Below, piece after piece: positions 54,291-64,000 of a stretch of DNA of 64,000 nucleotides. Source of the stretch: Potamilus streckersoni (taxonomy: Eukaryota); the NCBI GenBank assembly GCA_016746295.1, contig JAEAOA010001935.1:420430-484429 (forward strand). Direction: 5' to 3'. The notes under the pieces were generated by a model. That model was given only the letters and a program-made list of their open reading frames with translations, was not told the origin of the DNA and did no database searches. Each line of letters starts with the position of its first letter. The first letter of the stretch is position 1. A program made the translations under genes and the position numbers.

Positions 54291-57200
54291 AATTAAAGTT
54301 AATGAGCAGAAACCACTACATGTATTTTTTGTTAAGATTTAAAATGGCTGTGTTCTCTGACCTTTAGACCCCAAAATAAACAGGTTTCTTTATTACCCTA
54401 TGTACAAGCCAGCCAAAATTTGGTGAAAAACCTTACTATATAGTAAAAAGTTATTCCACCATTCTGGTTATTAAAGTTTGCCAAGTTGAACATTGTGTTT
54501 TTCAAATGTTTTTCATTCATTTAAGATATTCTTATTTCAACATAAAAACTATTCAAAATAGATTCTGTGTACTAAGTGAAAAGGAGAGATGAATGTTGTT
54601 AATGATGCTAATGAAAATCTGTTGTCAGACTTAGTGAGGAGAATAGTCAACATTTTTTATATTTTTTTTTTATAATATAGTTTAATGAAACAGAGGCTGC
54701 TTTGGTGGAATCTAATTGTTATGATTCTATGGTCTTAAACTAATTAACAAAAGAGTGAAAACCAACAAGTTTCATAAAATTCAACAACTAATTTATTTCC
54801 CTAAAATGTAAAGTGAAAATTTAAAAGAACCTAACAGTATGCTGAATTAAATCACAAACAGTGCTAAAATTTCTATCGCAAGTCCAAATGTACAAAGCTT
54901 CAAATGGTATTCCAAATAAGTTCTAATAGTGAATGTGTTGATGTGCATGTAGTCTTAAATATACTAATATGCCAGTAGCATGAGCTGTAGCAATGTACTA
55001 GGAGCCTTTTGATGTATCACTATATGTTACAAAAATGTTCTTGTCTGAATTAACAATAATTCCAAATTAATGTTTCTGTTCAAGAATTCTACTGATGAAC
55101 ACTTTGTATTTCCAGTGAATAATAATTTAAATAAGCAATTACACCCAAATGAAAAACTGAACACAACAATACAACTGATTCTGCCAAAGATATCAATGCA
55201 AGAATGATTAATTTCTAAGGTAAACAACATTATAAAAACAAGACAAATGTATATAGAAAAGCACATCCCATCAATAATATAAAGAACAAAATAAGAAAAC
55301 AGAAACTGAAAAGCAACCATAAAAATATATATCTAGAATACTGGATATGAAACCCTTTGCATCAGCCTTTGTTGTGGGTATTTTTTCTTCTTTAGGAAGT
55401 ACTGAACTCCTGACTGCATTATTGAAAAGTTTGAAAGTATACTCTTTTTATGTTTGCCTGTCTTAAAAATAATGCTTCATCATGACAATCTTTCAGACAC
55501 TTGAGCGGCTTTCAGTCACTCAGGCTAATGATTGGGTTTGGGAGAGGTGAAAATCATAAACAATGAAAAAAAAAATACAAAAACACCTTCCAATATATTA
55601 TGCATGTATTTACATGTTTTCATCAACATACAGCACTATTTAAAATTCCATCTCAGAACAGAGTAGAATTTTAAAATTATTGTGTACAAAATAATATTTC
55701 TTAACAGTAACTGTTTATAATTTTTTTCTATATTTATTTACCTTAAAGGCAGCATTAACAGTAAGTAAAAATTAATATAATCAGACTATATTAAATGCAT
55801 CAACATTTTTTGAGTGAGGTTTCTTTTACAACATGTTTTGAAGCTGCTTTAAAAATGATTTTCATTATTTACTGAAATAAAACTCAATGGTTATTATTAT
55901 ACAAACTTGAAATACAAGTATAAACATTACTTACTTCAATATGAGTTTGTATTGTATTTGGTAATTTTATATTTTTAAGAATAATAAAAGTTATATGTAG
56001 CCATATTCTTAACAAAACCTATACTACTCTTAGTCATTGATGTATAATATTATAGTAAATGTCACAGGGGTCATGCTTACATATTTACTCATTTTAAATT
56101 AAATATAAATTGTTCTTTTAAAATGTAACACTAATTTTCTTAATTCAAAGTCTATTCAATCCTGATTATTAGATGTTTTGCACCTCATCAAGAATCTTCA
56201 GGTGAAAATTAGAGATCTCTCTGGTATTTTACAACATTGGCCATGTACTAAACTTGGGTAAAAAAAAAGAGTTTTTCGAGTGGAATTGTGACAATATAGG
56301 GCAGTACGAATTTGTTCATCAATACGCATAGCTTTCATCACAGCCGACGACTTTCAATTCAGATTGTACTGGATCACCTTTATGCTCATTTTATCCAAAT
56401 ATGTCTACATACTTTAATACTGATTTTGCTGTATGCACTTCTTAGGGTGTCTGAATAATGATTTTTCAAAGTCATGTAGATGCATAAGAATCCAAATGAA
56501 GTGATTGCTTGCCACTTAAAGGTATGTAGAATGAAATCCTAAAAAAATGACATATATTACTAAAAAAGTCTGTGTTTAATGAATACATGACCTGTTGACT
56601 TTTACTAAAATTGCCCTTCCAGCTTTCAACCATTTGCATTGCCCTGGTTTAATGCCCCGACACTTGGGGCCCCTCTAATTTTAGATTCAGCTCATCCTGT
56701 ATTTCAGGTGAGGTGCCCATGAGACTGTCAAATTTTTTAAAAAATTTACCTAAGGAAACTCTAATCATGCTGATGAAATGTGTAAATGTTATTTGGCAAT
56801 GTTGACATACCTGACAGATTGCAATCTAGGTCACAGGGGATCATATTGTTGCTTACTCTTTAACTTCAGTCGTATATATACTATTTTATACTATATGCAT
56901 GACTTGAGTTAAATTGTAAACAAGAATACGAACCCATGATGTAAATCAGATCACCACCATCTAGGTGAAATTGAGATCTGGTTTTAAGCAAATTGAAGCA
57001 TGACATGTCAAATTGAAAATATGATTTTGTATTCCAATACCTCCTTAGTCTGTAATGTAGCTAGTCAGATTATGTGAAGGCAGCAGTGGGTCAGAAAACT
57101 ATGCTAATCTGCATAGGTAGGATCAGGAAGTGGAACAACCCATTAAGAGATGCTAGGCACATGTGCAAGAACAAAGTTATTACATAATACTGCCTTGAAT

Positions 57201-57589
57201 GAGAATGTTTAAGCCAAGTGCATTATATTTTAGACAAGTTTGTGATTAGTGGCAACATTTCTTTGAAGTCCGATTTTACTGCATATATAAAGTTAACAGT
57301 TCGATCATTCTCTTGGCTGATGGAGTTTTTTCACTGTGAAACATGCCACCCAAAAAAAAAAGATAAGGGGAGGTGATGGTGGATATTAATTCTTTGCACG
57401 TACTGCAAATAACATATCAACATATGTCAACACAGTTGTGACCAAGATTCGTTTTGAGAATCCTGCAGATATGGTTTGAACACCAGAACTGTCCAGTCTC
57501 TAGTGAGTGTAATGATGAACACTAATGACACTTGGTTGGCCTTCAAACCCATTTGCAATGTTATTATTCAAATTGTAGTTACTGCAACG

Positions 57590-57850
57590 TTATGTGACAG
57601 TACTGAAAATAGGGAAATTTTGGGCATGTGTAAAATGGAGCCTGCGCTTGTGGAATTTCAGTCAGAGCATGTGAATTTATTTAAGTCAACAGCCAGGAGC
57701 CTGTGTCTACAAAAATTCATTTAGCATTAGAAAAATTTTGGGCATGTGGAAATTGGAGTCTGGGATTGTGGAATTTCAGCCAGGGCTTGTCAGTTTTTTT
57801 AAATTACCATCCCGGTTCCTGTGTCTAAAACAAATTTCTTTATGCAGTGG
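57590..57850. repeat. Roughly 125-bp tandem duplication, 2 copies
   Basis: The two copies are gaaaattttgggcatgtgtaaaatggagcctgcgcttgtggaatttcagtcagagcatgtgaatttatttaagtcaacagccaggagcctgtgtctacaaaaattcattt and tagaaaaattttgggcatgtggaaattggagtctgggattgtggaatttcagccagggcttgtcag...cctgtgtctaaaacaaatttc. Confidence 0.8.
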
Positions 57851-58289
57851 TTTTAAACCAGTAGAATCTTTCGATTTCTTTAACTTGTATGCTCCATTGA
57901 ATTTTTATTTTCAATTCTAGATTTGAGTAACATCACAGCAGTCTGTGTTATATTTTTTAATAGTTTTGGGTACTTTTGGTCTAGTTTGTGTATTTCGTGC
58001 TGCCCTTTAAGAATGCAACTTCAGCTTAAAATATTATATATGTTGTGTCCCACGCTTTTAAATTATTATTTTAATCAACTATTATTTATATGCCTACAAT
58101 AAAAAATATGTATTAGTTACAAGTTGTAGTTTACTTCAACGCATGCATTAAAATTCGTCCTCGAAAACAGATTACTCTAAGATATTTGGATACAGCCTTG
58201 AACAGAGGTTTCCGATTTATGTAATTGAATGTACAAAGAGTACATTTAATTTCTTCCACAACGAATAATGTTATATATACTTTGTTCAC

Positions 58290-58386
58290 AACAAGTAACT
58301 AGTTCATCGTCGTCGTCGCTCCAACTGTAATATGACTTCAGATCTTTCCCGCAGATGTCATCTACGTTATCCGAAAATGCCGCCAT
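58290..58386 (-). CDS. EXO5: Putative EXO5 first coding exon (MAAFSDNVDDICGKDLKSYYSWSDDDDELVTC...). The donor position is uncertain; three candidate phase-1 GT sites lie at about 58283, 58289 and 58292
   Basis: This is a short CpG-containing, GC-richer ORF starting with ATG on the minus strand. Every candidate donor leaves phase 1, which is what the acceptor of the 53152 exon requires. The summed CDS would then be about 382 codons, against 373 aa for human EXO5. There is no sequence similarity to support it, because the N-terminus is poorly conserved. Confidence 0.35.
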
Positions 58387-58738
58387 GAACACGGTCATTA
58401 CCGAAAACTGATGTCCTGGGATACACTATATCATTACGCCAAGACTTCCGCTAGATGTATATCATCTCTGCTTATTATATATGGTTTTCTAAAGAATTAT
58501 TAATATTAATAATGGCTATATTATTTCTGTGTTTGGTTTCAATAGATAAAAGAATACAATATTGTAAAAACATGTCATTTTATTTGGGAATTATTTTCAA
58601 CTTGTTGGGTGTAGTAATATACGGTAATAAGGTGTAAACACTAGGTTTTCGAAATGTGTTGTCTTCGGCCTGGAACGTCGAATGTTATGGGGTTTTAACA
58701 GGAACTAAAATATTAAAGATAGAATTCTTTGCTAAATA
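58387..58738. promoter_or_regulatory. Putative bidirectional promoter between EXO5 (minus) and the unidentified plus-strand gene
   Basis: A roughly 350-bp interval separates two divergently oriented ATG-initiated exons. It is GC-richer than its surroundings and contains CpGs. Confidence 0.3.
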
Positions 58739-58919
58739 ATGGAAAGTAAAATGTATTCTGCTCGTCACAGCTCAAAGAAATTATTGTCATCTATCGATAA
58801 AAAGAAGTCTAAGAAAAAAAGAAAAAACAAGAAAGGCTCTAAAAAAGACAGCGACCCAGGAACAGACCCCGACACCCGGCTAGAAATAGAGGGTGTTCGA
58901 GCGCTAGATAATATGCCAG
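58739..58919 (+). CDS. First coding exon of an unidentified gene (MESKMYSARHSSKKLLSSIDKKKSKKKRKNKKGSKKDSDPGTDPDTRLEIEGVRALDNMPG), ending in phase 1
   Basis: The ATG sits in the context aaataATGG. The exon has a lysine-rich, NLS-like N-terminus and ends at CCAG|gtatga, a strong donor. It lies about 350 bp from, and divergent to, the putative EXO5 exon 1. Confidence 0.4.
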
Positions 58920-60219
58920 GTATGAATGTTATTATTTTGAATGTTATTACTATTTAACGAATGAGATACATTCAGGTTTCTAGTTGCAAGCATAGAGTCA
59001 CATTGCTTGTAGCTTAACATCTCTAGGTGACGCTACATAGTTTTGTGTGATTGTAGGGAGTGGGGTGGTGGTGGCAAATTTCTGATCATGGAGGTATATA
59101 CTTATTCACTACGTATCAGCCTAAAACTACAGTAATGTCAGGAACGTATGATTTAGAGCAGGTGGATTTAACTCAGACCTGACATGTTTTCATTTTACAA
59201 GTACTAAGTTTTGAAATTGTTCAATGCATATACTAAAAGAAAGGAGATAGTGATATATCATCGTCCTCATATTGCTGCATATCATTGTAGAAATTCATGT
59301 AAAATATTGTTTATTTCTTTACCCAATATTTCCCTCAATTTTTTCCCTGTATTTCCTTTAAGTCATCTGCCATATTAGTTCAACTGATAACTGCTTCCAT
59401 TTTCAGTCTCTGTTTTTGTTTTTCTTGCATCCCATGTTAGGACTTTGCTTTCTCATCAGGAAATGCAAACAGATGCTGGTAAATATAATATGTATTGAAA
59501 TACATGTTGTAGAGTAATGGCCTTGTACGGAAAATGAAATAATATGAGAATCTTATGTTATATGACACAGTGGACAAAGTAGTTATAAAAAATAATTTAC
59601 CTGATTTAGGCTTAATAGCTTTATCATTTGCCAAACTTCTGAAAATATAACTATAGTACATTTTTAACAACTGTCATCTTTTGACAATACACTAGTTTCA
59701 TTTGCTCAAGTTAAGGCATAGGATCATTCATAGCCTCAGAATACTCCAGCTTCAAACAGAAATAATGGGACTTCTACTAACATGAATTACAGAGAAACTG
59801 GATGGCTCTAGTTTTTGAAAATAAGAAAAGTTCATAAAGACTGTACCTTTCATAGAATCATATAAGGTTCATCTCCCTGATACATCAAAGATTTAGGACC
59901 TCTAAAAATTGGACACATGATAATTTGCAAAGTAAAAATAATTTTCAACAAAAAATGCTAGTCTTGAATTATCTAGAAATTCATATATAGTTGTATAAAA
60001 AAATATTTCGGCATATTCTACTTGATCCAGTATAACATGAAACATTAAATAGTGAACATTTAGGTGAAAAATTTCACCAATGACTAGTTATGTCCTATTT
60101 TGTTATTATACTTGTAACAGAAATTATTAATAATAGGATCAGATGAAACTGCAGTGATTTAGACAGTGATTATTATATGATTACTGATAGCTCAATATGC
60201 ACATATAAAGTGCATGGCA

Positions 60220-61410
60220 AATATGACAGGGTTCCTAGCCATGGAAATCCTGAAAAAGTTTGTAAATTATAGAAAGGAATTTCAGGGGCCTTGAAATGTT
60301 TTGTAGTTTTCATAAGTCAATCAAAGTTTTGGAAAAGTCATGGAATTTGGGCATTTTCACATTATTTGTTATGCATTTTTGCTCGTCAACACAAGAGTTA
60401 TAACAGCCTACCAAACTTTGAAAATGGATTTTGTTAGAATAGGTTCCCCAAATTCTTCATTTGGACTACATAGGGGATCTTACCACCATGTGCAATTATT
60501 TTACTTGTGGCACTCACAAGAGAAGGACATAAAATTGATTGCTATGTGCAGAAGTTGATATATCATCTGATAAGATTAAATGTGCCAAAGCTACCTGAAA
60601 ATTTTTGGGTTTTTTGTTAAATTTGAATGTTAAGTAAGCATAAAAAGTTGTAAATTTATGTATTACAGGGTTCCTGCAAGTCATGGAATCCTGGAAAAGT
60701 TTTGGAATTTAAAAAATAAATTTCATGGGCTTGAAAAGTTATGGAATTTGTCAAAACCTTGCAAAGTTTTGGAAAAGTCATAGAATTTGTGACGATGGAG
60801 TTAAAGAAATTGATTACTTCAAATTTCATAGAGCACCAAGAACCGATTAAATAAAATGATAAAATTACAATCAATAAATGGTTTCAATTCATATAACAAG
60901 AACAAGTTCCCCTAATGGAAGTATCACATGATTTCCAGTGTAGTTCACTAAATAAAAGGAAACAACTGGAAAGTAATGTGTTTTGTTAATATTGTAAATA
61001 GGAACACATACAAAGACTACATAGAATTTTTTCCTTTTTTCTTTTGAATACAAATTACATTGATCATTGGATTATGACATGAATTACTACATAAAAACAA
61101 AGTGTGCTAGCCCAGGTAAATTTAAAATGTACATATTAAAAATATTTGTTGTTAACTTATTTGTTATTTTAGATTGAAAGATGTCATTCTTTATGTTTAT
61201 TTACTTGACAATGCAAGATAGCGCGGTCATTGAGTTTTATGAAATGGCCCTGGAAAAGTTTTGGAAAAATCATGGAATTTGTTTTTGTTAAGTCTGCAGG
61301 AACCCTGGTATCACATATCTTTAAATTTTTAACAAAGTCTTGGGAAAGTTTTGGAAAAGTCTTGCAATTCCGGTTTTTAAAGATTGCAGGAACCCTGGTT
61401 TGTTCACCTT
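60220..61410. repeat. Dispersed roughly 120-bp repeat family in both orientations (motif GGTTCCTGCA..TCATGGAAT...GTTTTGGAAAAGTCATGGAATTTG)
   Basis: Copies lie at about 60225 to 60350 (plus), 60661 to 60790 (plus), 61240 to 61320 (minus) and 61325 to 61400 (minus). Confidence 0.6.
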
Positions 61411-63712
61411 TTTCATAAAGGTAGGAAAGTTAGAATACTTAGACTTGTGTATGACCAGTCAATTATCCTTGTAAGCACAAATGTAAAATGTTTGAATCAT
61501 TACCAAAACACTTAAATCCTTGAAATTGTTCAGACTTGCATTAAAGATACCAAATTATTTAATTAATCATCTAAAACAAATTACTTCTTTGGCATGATCA
61601 CCTACTATGTTATTGCTTTATTTTCTCTGTTGGCTCCCAATTCTCCCCTTCATTTTCTCTTGTTTAAATAATGATTTTATATCAGTTTTGCTTTGTCATC
61701 ATCTTGCAATTTCTTGATTCTTATATGATGAAGTTCTCTATGTATTTGTATTAATGTACTTTCTAATCCATGTACATACACCTGGTATTATGCCTTGCCA
61801 CTTTTCAAGTATCAGCCTGTATATTTGGGAGAGAGTTATTGCTAAGTTGCGAGAACTTGCACTTGACCTGATGTACTCAAAATACAGCCATAAAATATGG
61901 TAAAACTAAGTAAAACCCCTTTCACAGCAACAATGTCAACTTGCCAAGAAAACTTATCTTTTTTTATAATGGCTTTTTCCATGCAAAAAAATCTTTGGAA
62001 TAAATCCTTTTTTAAATGCCAGCTTCAAATTTTTGTATGCCTTTACGAAAAATATGTTTTTAGCCTGAGAAGCATATTTTTCATTCTATGATATTTACCT
62101 GTTATGAGAAACCACCTGTCTTGAGAGACCATCATTTTTCGGCAAAAGAAGTGGTCTTTTAAGATAGGTTCTACTGTATAATCACTTATGAGTCCAAATG
62201 TAAGCTGCATAGTCCCATATACATTGTAACAGATCTGTATCATTAGAACAAACAATATAGACCTGAGTCTGCAGGCACATTATGCTATAGCAGATCAGGA
62301 TCTTTGTTGTTTGCAGTTTGACTTAATAAGTGAGTATAGATGGCAATTCAAGTGAGGAAGAATCCTATTAATTTTTGCATTAAACGAACTCGGTGACTAG
62401 CTTAAAAAAAATCATTTTCAGCACAATAACTCTAGTTGCCAGAGGTTTACTTCACCAAGATTTTTTGTCATCTCTTTAGCTTTTTAATCAAACACTTTAT
62501 TCCTGCAGCTTTTACAAAGATTATATTTACTTGAATTAACTACAGAATGGTGTTTCTATATTGCAAATTAATTAAAGGGGTCTTTGTCCTTTTTTATTTT
62601 ACTTTAGGGTTATAAAAGAAAGAAATGATTTGTTGTGTATTCATCTGAAATATTTGTACTGAATGTCTTTATGACAGTTAAAGTCTAGAGCCCAATGGAA
62701 AAGTAGGACAGAATACTCAATTTAAATCTTGACATCATTTCACCACCTATATGTACATGATTTTTATTTGTAAATTTGTTCCCAAAAATTATCATGGAGT
62801 ATTTTTTCTCTCATATGTATAATTTCTCAATTGTATATCAAAGTAAAGGTTAGGGTTCAGTTTCAGAATGCTCTGCTTCTGTTTACACATCTACAAAACT
62901 ATAGTACAGTATATCATTTTTAAAATATGAAATTAAATCACTTTCAAGTTTAATTTGAATAATATCCAAGTTCTTGCAATTATGGATAATCAGTTATTAA
63001 ATCCTATACCACATGGACTAACACAGCTTGAATTGGGTTTTTACTATATGTATGCAACCTTCCTGTTGTACATGGCCAATTAGAAGGTACAATTTTAGAC
63101 TATCTGTCTCAATTAGAAAGCTTTACGTTTTCCTGTCAGCTAAATAAATAACATTTCTATGTTGTTTGGGTTTGAGGGTCTAATTCAAAAAGGATAGTTT
63201 TTAATGTTTAGTCACCTAGCTGTGTCCAGTAACATGGAAAAATAGAAAAATGATTAAATTGAAGCTCTTACTTCTTGGGTCACTGTAAGAAAATGGTTTG
63301 GAGATAAGAAGTATGTCAATAAAGTAAGCACTTTTACTGCTTTAGGACTTTGGTTTGTTCAAATAGAAATTTTGGAGATAGGTTTGAAGTATTGGGAATG
63401 AAAGCACTTCTTGACACCAGCTGTTCTTGTTGACATTAGAGATATGATCATATGCAGACACTGGTTTAGCCAGTTACATGATAAAATGATACTAGAATTG
63501 ATAACTGTATTGTATGTGCGCTTTTGCATACTTTATTACATATGTTTTGATTGATTTATTTTCATATATTATTATAATATTAGATAAAAACATGTTGCTG
63601 TTATTTTCCACGGTTATCAAGTACAAATTGTTGCAATACCATGCAGAAAAAAATTTCTGTTCCACCCCACCCCATTTTTTATAAATTGATGGTGTTTGAT
63701 AAATAAGACAGT

Positions 63713-63915
63713 TATGTTGTTGTTGTTGTGGGGTTTAACGCCATTTTTCAGCACAGGAAAGGCTATACATGGCGGCCAGTATTAATGGTGGAGGAAGAAA
63801 CCGGGAAATCACCGGAAAGAACCACCGACCCACGAGAAGCTACTGGCAAGCTCTCTCACATATCCACATTCGCCGAATCTTAGACTCGAACCCACGCAGA
63901 TAGAGGTGAGATGGC
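63713..63915 (-). mobile_element. 5'-truncated SINE family A copy with an 11-bp target-site duplication (cagttatgttg)
   Basis: The sequence cagttatgttg flanks both ends (63703 to 63713 and 63916 to 63926). The tRNA-like head is missing. Confidence 0.7.
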
Positions 63916-64000
63916 CAGTTATGTTGTATTTGAAAGGACAGTATAAGATTTATAATGTAACCACTCTTGAGACCAGAAAATGTAATTTACAATCTCTCTA

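Overview
This window is eukaryotic nuclear DNA, most plausibly from an invertebrate and possibly a mollusc, judged from the repeat landscape and protein similarity. It shows spliced multi-exon genes, GT/AG and one GC/AG intron, abundant microsatellites and minisatellites, tRNA-derived SINEs with target-site duplications, and MITE-like foldback elements. It is not a prokaryotic island and I see no defence-system or operon-like architecture. I found nothing that supports the prompted undescribed system; the interesting points here concern gene structure and repeats.

Two genes are recognisable from direct translation:
- A complete major vault protein gene (MVP) on the plus strand, 17830 to 46172. 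It has 12 coding exons encoding about 855 aa, all with consistent splice phases. Its introns hold most of the repeats in the window.
- An exonuclease V (EXO5) orthologue on the minus strand, convergent with MVP. Its last exon is 50354 to 51108, the middle exon 52856 to 53152, and a putative first exon sits near 58290 to 58386. It carries the conserved Fe-S cysteine motifs (NWCE and C-x2-C-x5-C-EW).

A short lysine-rich first coding exon of an unidentified gene (58739 to 58919, plus strand) lies head-to-head with the putative EXO5 first exon, about 350 bp away, which suggests a bidirectional promoter.

The first 8.3 kb is a compositionally distinct, AT-rich block full of decayed ORF fragments on both strands. 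It also contains a roughly 110-bp near-perfect palindrome and a 460-bp MITE-like element with 33-bp perfect terminal inverted repeats. I could not identify its origin.

All coordinates were counted by hand from the sequence and may be off by a base or two at some boundaries.
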